A stretch of DNA of 64,000 bases, taken from NCBI GenBank assembly GCA_011049175.1, contig DSCJ01000015.1:9615-73614 (forward strand). The letters are read 5' to 3'. Of the stretch, positions 45,823 through 55,137 are shown one piece after another. Within the stretch, counting starts at the first letter, position 1. Every line of letters starts with the position of its first letter. Position numbers and translations under genes: made by a program. This DNA comes from Bacteroidota bacterium. GTDB taxonomy: Bacteria; Bacteroidota; Bacteroidia; Bacteroidales; VadinHA17. Below the pieces are notes generated by a model. It made no database searches, was not told the origin of the DNA, and saw only the letters and a program-made list of their open reading frames with translations.

Positions 45823-47355
45823 ATGAAAAAATGTGTTGAACGAAAAGTGTTGCTGATGATCCTTGACGGGTGGGGTATTGGTGACGGATCTGAAGCAGAT
45901 GTCATTGCCCATGCCGATACACCGAATATGGATGTACTCACTGGGCGATATCTTCATTCCCGGTTACTTACCTCAGGTGAGAATGTGGGACTGCCCGAAG
46001 GACAGATGGGTAATTCAGAGGTTGGGCACCTCAATATCGGTGCCGGCAGGGTTGTTTATCAGGATCTGGTCAGGATCAATCTGGCCATACGTAACAGGAG
46101 TATTGAAAAGAACGAAGAGTTGGTGAAGGCTTTTAAGTATGCCAGAGATAAGAAAAAAAGTGTTCATTTCATCGGTCTGCTGTCCGACGGAGGCGTACAC
46201 TCCATGGATACCCACTTATATAAGTTGTGTGACATGACCGGGGATTATGGACTGGAAAAGGTATACATCCATGCACTGACCGACGGACGTGATACCGATC
46301 CTAAAAGCGGGAAAGGATATCTTGCAGATTTGCTTAAGCATCTGAAAAATAGCAACGGGGTGGTTGCTTCACTGATAGGGAGATATTACACGATGGATCG
46401 GGATAAGCGATGGGAGCGGATTAAACAGGGTTACGACCTGATGGTGCATGGAAAGGGAAAACCTACGACAGATATTCTCCAGGCCATCCAGGAATCTTAT
46501 GATGAGGGGGTGACCGATGAATTTATCAAACCCATTGTTTGTACAGACAGAGGGGGGAATCCTCTGGGCACCATTCAGGAAGGCGATGTGGTGATATGCT
46601 TTAATTTCCGCACCGACCGGCTGAGAGAAATCACCATTGCACTGACCCAGAAAGATTTTCCGGAGTATGATATGCATACCATCCCTTTGTATTATCTGAC
46701 CATGACAAGGTACGATGATACATTTAAAAATGTCAGGATAATATATGAAAAGCAGAATGTGAAAAACACGCTGGGGGAGGTGGTTTCCCGGGAAGGGCTG
46801 AAACAACTCCGCATTGCAGAAACTGAAAAATACGCCCATGTTACTTTCTTCTTCAGCGGAGGTCAAGAAACCGAGTTCGAAGGGGAAAAACGTATCATGA
46901 TCCCTTCACCCAAGGTAGCTACCTATGATCTGAAGCCTGAAATGAGCGCTTACGAGGTAACAGATGCCCTGGTAAAGGAATTAACGAACAGGGAGCACGA
47001 TTTTATCTGCCTGAATTTTGCCAACGGGGATATGGTAGGGCATACCGGTGTTTATGAGGCCATCAGGAAAGCCATTGAAGCCGTGGATGAATGTGTGGGA
47101 AAGGTTGTGAAAACCGCTCTCGAGAACGGTTATACTCCCATAATTATAGCTGATCATGGGAATGCCGATAATGCAGTGAACCAGGATGGTTCTCCCAATA
47201 CGGCCCATTCCCTGAATCCGGTTCCCTGTATCGTGGTATCTGATGATTTTTCATCCGTTAATGACGGCATCCTGGCTGATGTGGCGCCCACCATATTGCA
47301 CCTGATGGGCCTGAAGAAACCTTCAGAAATGACAGGAAAGGTGCTGGTTTCATGA
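45823..47355 (+). CDS. gpmI: 2,3-bisphosphoglycerate-independent phosphoglycerate mutase
   Basis: Contains '[14 protein letters not shown]' and 'IADHGNAD'. 510 aa. Confidence 0.95.
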   Translation: MKKCVERKVLLMILDGWGIGDGSEADVIAHADTPNMDVLTGRYLHSRLLTSGENVGLPEGQMGNSEVGHLNIGAGRVVYQDLVRINLAIRNRSIEKNEELVKAFKYARDKKKSVHFIGLLSDGGVHSMDTHLYKLCDMTGDYGLEKVYIHALTDGRDTDPKSGKGYLADLLKHLKNSNGVVASLIGRYYTMDRDKRWERIKQGYDLMVHGKGKPTTDILQAIQESYDEGVTDEFIKPIVCTDRGGNPLGTIQEGDVVICFNFRTDRLREITIALTQKDFPEYDMHTIPLYYLTMTRYDDTFKNVRIIYEKQNVKNTLGEVVSREGLKQLRIAETEKYAHVTFFFSGGQETEFEGEKRIMIPSPKVATYDLKPEMSAYEVTDALVKELTNREHDFICLNFANGDMVGHTGVYEAIRKAIEAVDECVGKVVKTALENGYTPIIIADHGNADNAVNQDGSPNTAHSLNPVPCIVVSDDFSSVNDGILADVAPTILHLMGLKKPSEMTGKVLVS

Positions 47356-47939
47356 TTCGGATAGGTAATATCATATGCAGCCTCGAAATCGTTGAAAAAC
47401 ATTTTATCTGCGATCTGAATAAATGTCGCGGGACATGCTGTGTGCAGGGAGATTCCGGTGCTCCGCTGACAGGAGATGAATCAGGGTTACTCTCACGGGA
47501 GATACCCCATATACTGCCGTACCTCACGGAAAGAGGGAAAGATGCACTGGAGAGGTACGGTCCGCATATAATCGACCAGGAAGGGGATATTGTGACTCCG
47601 CTGGTAAACGGGAATGAGGAGTGTGCCTTTGCTTATTTTGAGAATGGGATTGCACGCTGCGCCATCGAGAAAGCATTTGAAGAGGGGAAAACAGATTTTC
47701 GCAAACCCCTTTCATGCCATTTGTATCCTATCCGGATGAAAGAAACTCCTGAATACATTACCCTGAACTACGATGTATGGGGTATCTGCCAGCCTGCCAG
47801 GGATATGGGTGAACGTCAGAAAGTGCCCGTGTACCGGTTTGTAAGAGATGCCCTGGAACGGCGGTTTGGTGTGGAATGGTTCAGGGAACTGGATAAAGCA
47901 GCCCGTGAATGGAATTCGAGAACAATTACAAGAACATAA
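47352..47939 (+). CDS. DUF3109 family Cys-rich protein
   Basis: The N-terminus '[22 protein letters not shown]' plus further Cys residues ('EECAF', 'ARCAIE', 'LSCHLYP') match my memory of DUF3109. An ATGA overlap joins it to gpmI. Confidence 0.6.
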   Translation: MIRIGNIICSLEIVEKHFICDLNKCRGTCCVQGDSGAPLTGDESGLLSREIPHILPYLTERGKDALERYGPHIIDQEGDIVTPLVNGNEECAFAYFENGIARCAIEKAFEEGKTDFRKPLSCHLYPIRMKETPEYITLNYDVWGICQPARDMGERQKVPVYRFVRDALERRFGVEWFRELDKAAREWNSRTITRT

Positions 47940-47950
47940 AATAGAAAAAC

Positions 47951-49321
47951 ATGGAACATATTAAGAATTACATTGATCAACACAAAGACAGATTTCTGGA
48001 AGAACTTTTTAGCCTGATCAGAATTCCCTCAGTCAGTGCGAGTCCCGAACATAAAGAAGACATGGTCCGGGCTACCGAAGCATTAAGCAAAGGGTTGCTG
48101 GAAGCCGGAGCCGACAGGGCCGAGGTATACAGTACAGAAGGACATCCCATTTTGTTTGCTGAGAAAATACTGGACCCGGCATTACCTACCGTGCTGGTTT
48201 ATGGGCATTATGATGTGCAGCCGGCCGATCCGGTTGAGAAATGGAAGTCGCCTCCTTTCGAACCTGAAATCAGAGACGGGAAAATCTATGCCCGGGGAGC
48301 CGATGATGATAAAGGTCAGCTATTCATGCATCTCAAAGCTTTTGAGCTGATGATAAAAACATCCTCCCTGCCCTGCAATGTCAAGTTCATGATCGAAGGG
48401 GAAGAAGAAGTGGGTTCTCCCAACCTTGGGAAATTCTGTTCTGATCATAAAGACATGTTGGCGTGCGATGTCATTCTGGTTTCCGATACAACAATGATTG
48501 CACCCGATATTCCTTCCATTACAGTCGGTCTGCGTGGTTTGAGCTATCTGGAAGTGGAGGTGACAGGACCCAACCGTGATCTCCATTCGGGTTTGTACGG
48601 AGGGGCGGTTGCCAATCCTGCCAGTATGCTGTGCAAAATGATAGCCAGCCTGACCGATGAGAAAAACCGTATTACGATCAAAGGATTTTATGATGATGTG
48701 TTGGAGGTAAGCCAGGAAGAGCGTGCTGAAATGGCCAAACGCCCTTTCGATCTGGAAGAATTCAAACAATCCATTGGAATAGACAGGGAAATGGGTGAGG
48801 AAGGATATACCACCTTGGAACGTCTGGGTATTCGCCCAAGCCTGGATGTGAATGGTATCTGGGGAGGATACACGGAAAAAGGGGCAAAAACCATTCTTCC
48901 CTCCCGGGCCAGTGCCAAAATCTCCATGCGCCTGGTACCCAATCAAAACTCCAGGAAAATCGATCGTTTGTTTGAGGAACATTTCAAATCGATTGCCCCG
49001 GCAGGGGTCAATGTGAGTGTGAAAAGCCTGCACGGAGGTGAAGGATATGTTTCCCCGATAGATACGCCCGAATATCAGGCAGCCAGCAGAGCCATGGAAG
49101 ATACTTTCGGAAAAAAACCCATTCCGGTACGATCGGGGGGAAGCATTCCCATTATTTCTACCTTTGAGAAAGTACTGGGGGTGAAATCCATTTTGCTTGG
49201 ATTTGGTCTCGATTCCGATGCCATCCATTCTCCGAATGAAAATTTCCCGTTGTTTAATTTCTACAAGGGCATAGAAACCATACCCCTGTTTTATAAGTAT
49301 TTCTCAGAAATGAAGAAATGA
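47951..49321 (+). CDS. M20-family dipeptidase
   Basis: Has the metal-site motifs 'GHYDVQP', 'GADDDKGQ' and 'EGEEEVGS'. 456 aa. Confidence 0.85.
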   Translation: MEHIKNYIDQHKDRFLEELFSLIRIPSVSASPEHKEDMVRATEALSKGLLEAGADRAEVYSTEGHPILFAEKILDPALPTVLVYGHYDVQPADPVEKWKSPPFEPEIRDGKIYARGADDDKGQLFMHLKAFELMIKTSSLPCNVKFMIEGEEEVGSPNLGKFCSDHKDMLACDVILVSDTTMIAPDIPSITVGLRGLSYLEVEVTGPNRDLHSGLYGGAVANPASMLCKMIASLTDEKNRITIKGFYDDVLEVSQEERAEMAKRPFDLEEFKQSIGIDREMGEEGYTTLERLGIRPSLDVNGIWGGYTEKGAKTILPSRASAKISMRLVPNQNSRKIDRLFEEHFKSIAPAGVNVSVKSLHGGEGYVSPIDTPEYQAASRAMEDTFGKKPIPVRSGGSIPIISTFEKVLGVKSILLGFGLDSDAIHSPNENFPLFNFYKGIETIPLFYKYFSEMKK

Positions 49322-49353
49322 TCACCGGCCTCTGTGCCGAACAGGACTCTTTT

Positions 49354-49390
49354 AAAAAAAAATGTGATGTGTGAACATCACATTTTTTAT
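49354..49390 (+). terminator. rho-independent terminator (A-tract/T-tract flanked, potentially bidirectional)
   Basis: A 9-bp stem (ATGTGATGT / ACATCACAT) with a GTGA loop is preceded by A9 and followed by T6. Confidence 0.8.
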
Positions 49391-49403
49391 TTATGTCCTC
49401 TGT

Positions 49404-49414
49404 AAAAATAGGGG
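49404..49414 (+). promoter_or_regulatory. upstream copy of the direct repeat AAAAATAGGGG (candidate regulator site, glnN promoter region)
   Basis: This exact 11-mer is repeated at 49456-49466. Both copies are followed by N4 and then an A-rich 'AAAATAAA'-like tail. Confidence 0.4.
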
Positions 49415-49455
49415 TGTTAAAATAAAATGTATATAAAATATGAATTTACCCCCCA

Positions 49456-49466
49456 AAAAATAGGGG
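49456..49466 (+). promoter_or_regulatory. promoter-proximal copy of the direct repeat AAAAATAGGGG
   Basis: It ends 17 nt upstream of the -7 box, which is where a -33 TTTG element would normally sit. Confidence 0.4.
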
Positions 49467-49483
49467 CAATAAAAAATAAATTA

Positions 49484-49491
49484 TATTTTTG
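49484..49491 (+). promoter_or_regulatory. putative -7 promoter box TATTTTTG upstream of glnN
   Basis: An exact TAnnTTTG match ends 26 nt upstream of ATG 49517. Confidence 0.45.
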
Positions 49492-49516
49492 ACCCTGGAT
49501 ACATAAAATTTTACCT

Positions 49517-51706
49517 ATGGCTGAATTGCGTTTCTATGCTTTGCGTGAAGTCTTCAATCGGCAGCTTGTTGACGATCACACGATTACGTCGAAAATATCG
49601 GTGATTTTTGCCGAGAAGGTATTCGACAAACGGAAAATGGAAAAATACCTGACCCGGGAGGCCTATCAGGCTGTTACGGCCGCCATGGAAGAAGGTACAT
49701 CCATCAACCGGAAGATGGCAGGTCAGGTGGCTACTGGTATGAAAGCCTGGGCCATGGACAACGGGGCTACCCATTATACCCACTGGTTTCATCCCCTGAC
49801 GGATGCCACCGCCGAAAAGCACGACAGCTTTGTGGATTTTGGCGATACCGGCGGACTGGTGGAAAATTTCTCGGGAGAACTTCTGGCCCAGCAGGAACCC
49901 GATGCTTCCAGCTTCCCAAGCGGAGGAATAAGAAATACCTTCGAGGCCCGTGGATATACCGCATGGGATGTTTCCTCCCCGGCTTTTATTGTGGGTCATA
50001 CCCTGTGTATCCCTACCGTTTTCGTTTCCTACACCGGTGAGGCCCTCGATTACAAAACCCCTCTTTTGAAAGCGCTGGCTGCCATTGATAAAGCCGCAGT
50101 CGATGTTTGCCAGTATTTTGACAAAAACGTTACAAAAGTCATTGCTACACTGGGATGGGAACAGGAATATTTTCTGATTGATGAGGCACTGTATAATGCC
50201 CGACCCGATCTGATCCTGACCGACAGAACCCTCATGGGGCATCAGTCTTCCAAGGATCAGCAGCTCGATGATCATTACTTCAGCAGTATTCCGGAACGTG
50301 TAAATGCCTATATGCGTGAATTTGAAACCGAAGCCTATCGGCTGGGAATCCCTGTTAAAACGCGGCATAATGAAGTAGCTCCCAATCAGTTTGAATGTGC
50401 GCCCATTTTTGAGGAAGCCAACCTGGCCAACGATCACAACCAGCTGATCATGGACCTGATGAAACGTATTGCCAGACGTCATCATTTCCGCGTTCTCTTT
50501 CATGAGAAACCGTTTGCCGGTATTAACGGATCGGGGAAACATAATAACTGGTCATTAAAAACCAATACCGGTGTCAATCTTTTTTCTCCCGGAAAAAACC
50601 CAAAAGGGAATATGATGTTTCTGAGTTTTCTGGTCTGTGTTCTGAAAGCCGTGTATGAAAATCAGGACCTTATCCGGGCAAGCATTATGTCTGCCGGAAA
50701 TTCACACAGGCTGGGAGCTAACGAAGCCCCTCCGGCTATTTTTTCGGTCTTTCTTGGAAAGCAAATATCATCCACACTCGATGAGATTGTTGAAAAAGTG
50801 ACCAGCCGGAAAATGACGCCCGATGAGAAAACGGAACTGAAACTGGGTATTGGTAAAATTCCGGAGATATTGCTCGACAACACCGACAGGAACCGGACTT
50901 CTCCCTTTGCTTTTACAGGAAACCGCTTTGAATTCAGAGCGGTGGGTTCTTCCGCTAACTGTGCAGCTGCCATGATCATACTTAACACGGTAGTGGCCGA
51001 TCAGCTGACAAAATTCAAGAAAGCGGCAGATACCCTGATCAGGAAAGGAACCAGCAAGGATGAAGCTATCTTTCAGGTACAGAAAAAATTTATCCTGGAG
51101 TCGGAAAATATACGGTTTGAAGGCGACGGATACAGTGACGACTGGAAAAAGGAAGCAAAAAAACGGGGTTTGAGCAATGTCACAAGTGTTACAGAGTCCA
51201 TTTCTCATTACCTTGCCCCATCCGCAAAAAAAGTACTGATAGGTAACAACATTTTTACCGAACGTGAGCTGGAAGCAAGAGTGGGCGTGGAATATGAGAA
51301 ATTTACAAAGAAAATTCAGATCGAAGCCCGCGTACTGGGAGATATTGCCATCAACCATATTGTCCCCACGGCCATCCGTTATCAGACCATTCTGCTGGAA
51401 AATGTAAAGGGACTAAGGGAAGTTTTTGAAACGAAAGTGTATGAAGAACTTTCACATGCCCGGAAAGATCTGATCATGGAGGTGTCACATCATATCTCGC
51501 AGATTAAACAGAAGGTACATGACATGATCGAAGCTAGAAAGGTGGCCAATAAAATTGCCGGTGAAAAAGAAAAAGCCATCGCCTATGAAAAGAATGTGAG
51601 GCCTTTTTTCGACGATATCCGTTACCATATAGATAAGTTGGAGCTGATTGTGGATAATGATATATGGCCCCTGCCCAAGTACCGAGAACTGTTGTTTACC
51701 CGATAG
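49517..51706 (+). CDS. glnN: glutamine synthetase, type III
   Basis: 729 aa, with the catalytic region 'HEKPFAGINGSGKHNNWS'. The length and architecture are typical of GSIII in Bacteroidota. Confidence 0.9.
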   Translation: MAELRFYALREVFNRQLVDDHTITSKISVIFAEKVFDKRKMEKYLTREAYQAVTAAMEEGTSINRKMAGQVATGMKAWAMDNGATHYTHWFHPLTDATAEKHDSFVDFGDTGGLVENFSGELLAQQEPDASSFPSGGIRNTFEARGYTAWDVSSPAFIVGHTLCIPTVFVSYTGEALDYKTPLLKALAAIDKAAVDVCQYFDKNVTKVIATLGWEQEYFLIDEALYNARPDLILTDRTLMGHQSSKDQQLDDHYFSSIPERVNAYMREFETEAYRLGIPVKTRHNEVAPNQFECAPIFEEANLANDHNQLIMDLMKRIARRHHFRVLFHEKPFAGINGSGKHNNWSLKTNTGVNLFSPGKNPKGNMMFLSFLVCVLKAVYENQDLIRASIMSAGNSHRLGANEAPPAIFSVFLGKQISSTLDEIVEKVTSRKMTPDEKTELKLGIGKIPEILLDNTDRNRTSPFAFTGNRFEFRAVGSSANCAAAMIILNTVVADQLTKFKKAADTLIRKGTSKDEAIFQVQKKFILESENIRFEGDGYSDDWKKEAKKRGLSNVTSVTESISHYLAPSAKKVLIGNNIFTERELEARVGVEYEKFTKKIQIEARVLGDIAINHIVPTAIRYQTILLENVKGLREVFETKVYEELSHARKDLIMEVSHHISQIKQKVHDMIEARKVANKIAGEKEKAIAYEKNVRPFFDDIRYHIDKLELIVDNDIWPLPKYRELLFTR

Positions 51707-51736
51707 GTTTAGGTTTAAATGCCAGATGATTCCGGA

Positions 51737-51765
51737 AAAGGGCCTTCAGGGCCCTTTTTCGTTTT
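51737..51765 (+). terminator. rho-independent terminator after glnN
   Basis: A stem (AAAGGGCC / GGCCCTTT) with a TTCAG loop is followed by TTCGTTTTC. Confidence 0.7.
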
Positions 51766-51809
51766 CAGTTAAAAAATATTTACTTTTAACCACCGTTATA
51801 CTAAGCGAT

Positions 51810-53795
51810 ATGGCCGCATTAAAAACTCCAATCATTCTTGTCCTCCTCCTGATAACCTGCATGCAGGGATTTTCGCAGAAAAAGAAGGTTGAAAGAGCAG
51901 AAGCTGCATACGGTGCGGGCGAATACCATATTGCCGTTGATCTGTTCAAAGATGCCTATTCATCCGTAAGAGATGTTGACAAAAAGAATGAAATGGTTTA
52001 CATGGTGGCCGAATGTTACCGCTTGATTAATCAGCCAGAGAAAGCCGAACTCTGGTACCGACGTGCTCTGAAAAGGGATTTTAACGACCCGGAAGCGGTG
52101 CTTCATTATGCCGATGTCCTGAAAATGAACCAGAAATATGAAGATGCACGCAATGAATATAAAAGATACCAGCAGCTGGTTCCGGATGATCCGAGAGGAC
52201 AGGAAGGGGCCATGTCGTGTGACCTGGCCATAGAGTGGCTGGAAAATCCCACGGCCTATGAAGTGGAAGAAATCAGGATAATCAATTCGAGGGCCAGTGA
52301 TTTCAGCCCCGTTTATGCACGCGATGACCATATGGTGGTATATTTTTCTTCCTCCCGGGATGAGGCTACGGGCAATGATACTCACGGAGCTACAGGGGAA
52401 AGTTTTTCCGATATTTTTGAAACCCAGCTCGACAGAAAAGGAAAATGGTCGGTACCCGTTCCCCTGGAAGGATCTGTCAACACAGAGTATGACGAAGGGA
52501 AACCCAGCCTTTCATACGATTACCGTACCATGTATTTTACCCGGTGTATGGTAACCAAAAGAAAAAAAATGGGATGTCAGGTATATGTGAGTGAACGGTC
52601 GGGCACCCGCTGGGGAAAAGAGGAACTGATTGTATTGGCCCCTGACAGCATGGTAGCTGCTCACCCGGCGATTTCCCCCGATAACCTGACCCTTTACTAT
52701 GTTTCTGATATGCCCGGAGGCTTTGGAGGGAAAGATATCTGGAAGGTGACAAGGGAATCGGAAACAGCCGGGTGGGGAAGACCTGAAAATCTCGGACCCA
52801 GGATCAACACTGTGGGTGACGAAGTGTTTCCCTATGTTCATCCCGACGGCACCCTGTATTTTTCTTCCGACCGGCATCCCGGAATGGGAGGCCTGGATAT
52901 TTTCAGAGCGATCCGGGGAGATGACGGACAATGGATGGTGGAGAATATGCGGTATCCTATTAATTCCTTTGCCGATGATTTCGGGATTACTTTCCAGAGC
53001 GATCAGGAAAAGGGTTTGTTAACCTCCAGCAGGAAAGGCCGGGGGAATGACGATATTTTTTCTTTCGTCCTGCCCCCGCTGAATTTCAACCTGATTGGAG
53101 TGGTAAGAGATGAAAAAACCGAAGAAGTGTTATCCGGTGCAACCATTAAGCTGGTAGGAAGCGACGGAATAACCATTCAAACCGAAACCAATGATCAGGG
53201 AAGGTTCCGGTTTATGCTCAATCCGAATACCGATTATGTGTTCCTTGTTTCAAAGGAAGGGTACCTGAACGGAAAAGGCAGGGAAACAACAAAGGGGCAG
53301 GAAAAGAGCCGTGATTTCAGAACCACTGTCTATCTTGCCTCCATCGAAAAACCCATTGAAATTTCCCACAGTAATGTGTTCTATGACTTTGCACGTTGGG
53401 ATCTGAGGCCTGAGGCTATGGTGTCGCTCGACAGGCTGGTGGAAACCCTGAACGATAACCCCAGTATAACCATTGAATTAATGTCGCATACCGATTCCCG
53501 GGATACCGAAGCCTTTAACCTGGAACTTTCCCAGAAACGGGCACAATCGGTAGTTGAGTACCTGATTGAGAAAGGGATTGACCCCGACCGGCTTCAGGCC
53601 AGAGGTTATGGTGAATCCATGCCCAAGGTGGTAACCGAGGAAATTCACCAGGAATACGAATTCCTGCCGGTAGGGCAGGTGCTCGATGAGGAATTCATTA
53701 ACAGACTTCCTACGGTGGAACAACAGGAAATAGCACACCAGATCAATCGCCGTACGGAGTTTCGTGTGCTATCAACCGATTATTCCGGAGATTGA
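51810..53795 (+). CDS. OmpA-family protein (TPR + TolB-like propeller + carboxypeptidase-regulatory-like + OmpA_C)
   Basis: The signal peptide reads 'LLLITCMQGFS|QKK'. It has TPR-like helices, PD40-like repeats ('FSPVYARDD', 'AISPDNLTLYYVSD', 'FPYVHPDGTLYFSSD') and a C-terminal 'NRRTEFRVL'. I chose the start at ATG 51810 because the terminator lies inside the longer ORF. Confidence 0.8.
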   Translation: MAALKTPIILVLLLITCMQGFSQKKKVERAEAAYGAGEYHIAVDLFKDAYSSVRDVDKKNEMVYMVAECYRLINQPEKAELWYRRALKRDFNDPEAVLHYADVLKMNQKYEDARNEYKRYQQLVPDDPRGQEGAMSCDLAIEWLENPTAYEVEEIRIINSRASDFSPVYARDDHMVVYFSSSRDEATGNDTHGATGESFSDIFETQLDRKGKWSVPVPLEGSVNTEYDEGKPSLSYDYRTMYFTRCMVTKRKKMGCQVYVSERSGTRWGKEELIVLAPDSMVAAHPAISPDNLTLYYVSDMPGGFGGKDIWKVTRESETAGWGRPENLGPRINTVGDEVFPYVHPDGTLYFSSDRHPGMGGLDIFRAIRGDDGQWMVENMRYPINSFADDFGITFQSDQEKGLLTSSRKGRGNDDIFSFVLPPLNFNLIGVVRDEKTEEVLSGATIKLVGSDGITIQTETNDQGRFRFMLNPNTDYVFLVSKEGYLNGKGRETTKGQEKSRDFRTTVYLASIEKPIEISHSNVFYDFARWDLRPEAMVSLDRLVETLNDNPSITIELMSHTDSRDTEAFNLELSQKRAQSVVEYLIEKGIDPDRLQARGYGESMPKVVTEEIHQEYEFLPVGQVLDEEFINRLPTVEQQEIAHQINRRTEFRVLSTDYSGD

Positions 53796-53872
53796 AAATT
53801 GCGGGTTACGCTAATAGACTGTCCGGCCGGAAGTTATCAGTTCCTTATACCGGTAGGGAAGTGACATTTTTT

Positions 53873-53880
53873 TAACTTTG
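53873..53880 (+). promoter_or_regulatory. putative -7 promoter box TAACTTTG upstream of purM
   Basis: An exact TAnnTTTG match ends 20 nt upstream of ATG 53900. Confidence 0.45.
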
Positions 53881-53899
53881 CGAAATAGCTCTATGCAAT

Positions 53900-55072
53900 A
53901 TGACATCAATTTCCAGATACCGGCAGAGAGGTGTTTCCGCCTCAAAGGAAGATGTTCATCAGGCCATCAGCCGGGTTGACCGGGGCATTTTTCCTTACGC
54001 CTTCTGCAAAATAGTTCCCGATCTGCTGGGAAATGATGCGGAATATTGCAACATCATGCATGCCGACGGGGCCGGTACCAAATCATCGCTTGCCTATATC
54101 TACTGGAGGGAAACGGGAGATCTTTCCGTTTGGAAAGGAATTGCCCAGGATGCCCTGGTCATGAACCTTGACGATCTGCTCTGTGTGGGGGCAACCAACA
54201 GAATCCTGGTGTCTTCCACCATCGGAAGGAACAAGGATAAAATTCCCGCCGAAGTAATCCGCGAACTGATAGAGGGCAACGAAGAACTCATTGCCTGGTT
54301 CAGATCGCTGGGAATGAATATTCAGAGCACCGGGGGCGAAACAGCCGATGTGGGAGACCTGGTCAGGACCATCGTTGTCGATACAACCGTAACCTGCCGG
54401 ATGAAAAAAAAAGATGTGGTGACCAATGAAAACATTTCCCCGGGGGATGTGATCGTGGGACTGTCGTCTACCGGGAAAACCACCTATGAAAAAGAATACA
54501 ACAGCGGCATGGGTAGTAACGGATTAACTTCTGCCCGGCATGATGTTTTTCATCATTATCTGGCCGAAAAGTATCCGGAATCCTTTGATCCCGCAGTGGA
54601 TGATGAGCTGGTGTATACCGGAAAATACCGGTTAACGGAATACATTGAGGAACTGGGTATGAATGCAGGCAGGCTGGTTCTTTCCCCCACACGTACCTAC
54701 TTTCCGGTGGTGAGAGATATTTTGCAGTCATTCAGGGGCAGGATCCACGGAATGATCCATTGTACAGGCGGGGCCCAGACCAAAGTGCTCCATTTCATCG
54801 ATCAGATTCATGTGATAAAGGATGATCTTTTTCCCGTACCTCCACTTTTCAGGATTATTCAGGAACAGTCGGAGACCGATTGGAAGGAGATGTATCAGGT
54901 TTTCAATATGGGTCACCGGTTTGAGATATATACTGACCGGGTTTCGGCCGGGGAAATGATAAAAATTGCCCGGAACTACGGGCTGGAGGCGAAAATTATC
55001 GGATATTGCAGAGAATCCGACCGGAAAAGTCTCACCATCAAAGCGGAAACCGGAACCTTTCACTACGGGTAA
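53900..55072 (+). CDS. purM: phosphoribosylformylglycinamidine cyclo-ligase (AIR synthase-family, long Bacteroidota form)
   Basis: Has the PurM-fold motifs 'MHADGAGTKS' and 'ALVMNLDDLLCVGA'. 390 aa. Confidence 0.8.
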   Translation: MTSISRYRQRGVSASKEDVHQAISRVDRGIFPYAFCKIVPDLLGNDAEYCNIMHADGAGTKSSLAYIYWRETGDLSVWKGIAQDALVMNLDDLLCVGATNRILVSSTIGRNKDKIPAEVIRELIEGNEELIAWFRSLGMNIQSTGGETADVGDLVRTIVVDTTVTCRMKKKDVVTNENISPGDVIVGLSSTGKTTYEKEYNSGMGSNGLTSARHDVFHHYLAEKYPESFDPAVDDELVYTGKYRLTEYIEELGMNAGRLVLSPTRTYFPVVRDILQSFRGRIHGMIHCTGGAQTKVLHFIDQIHVIKDDLFPVPPLFRIIQEQSETDWKEMYQVFNMGHRFEIYTDRVSAGEMIKIARNYGLEAKIIGYCRESDRKSLTIKAETGTFHYG

Positions 55073-55107
55073 TGGTACGTTCAGGTTTTATCCTCAAGGG
55101 AAATTGT

Positions 55108-55115
55108 TAAATTTG
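55108..55115 (+). promoter_or_regulatory. putative -7 promoter box TAAATTTG upstream of prfA
   Basis: An exact TAnnTTTG match ends 23 nt upstream of ATG 55138. Confidence 0.45.
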
Positions 55116-55137
55116 CAACGCATTCATTTTTTTCCAC

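Noticed and set aside
45460-45957. A 165-aa minus-strand ORF opposite the hypothetical gene 45363-45812, spanning the gpmI start.
   Set aside because: It is not codon-aligned, but the translation is F/L/P/S-rich junk, it would run against a seven-gene co-directional block, and it overlaps the well-supported gpmI N-terminus. I kept the plus-strand signal-peptide ORF, at low confidence only.
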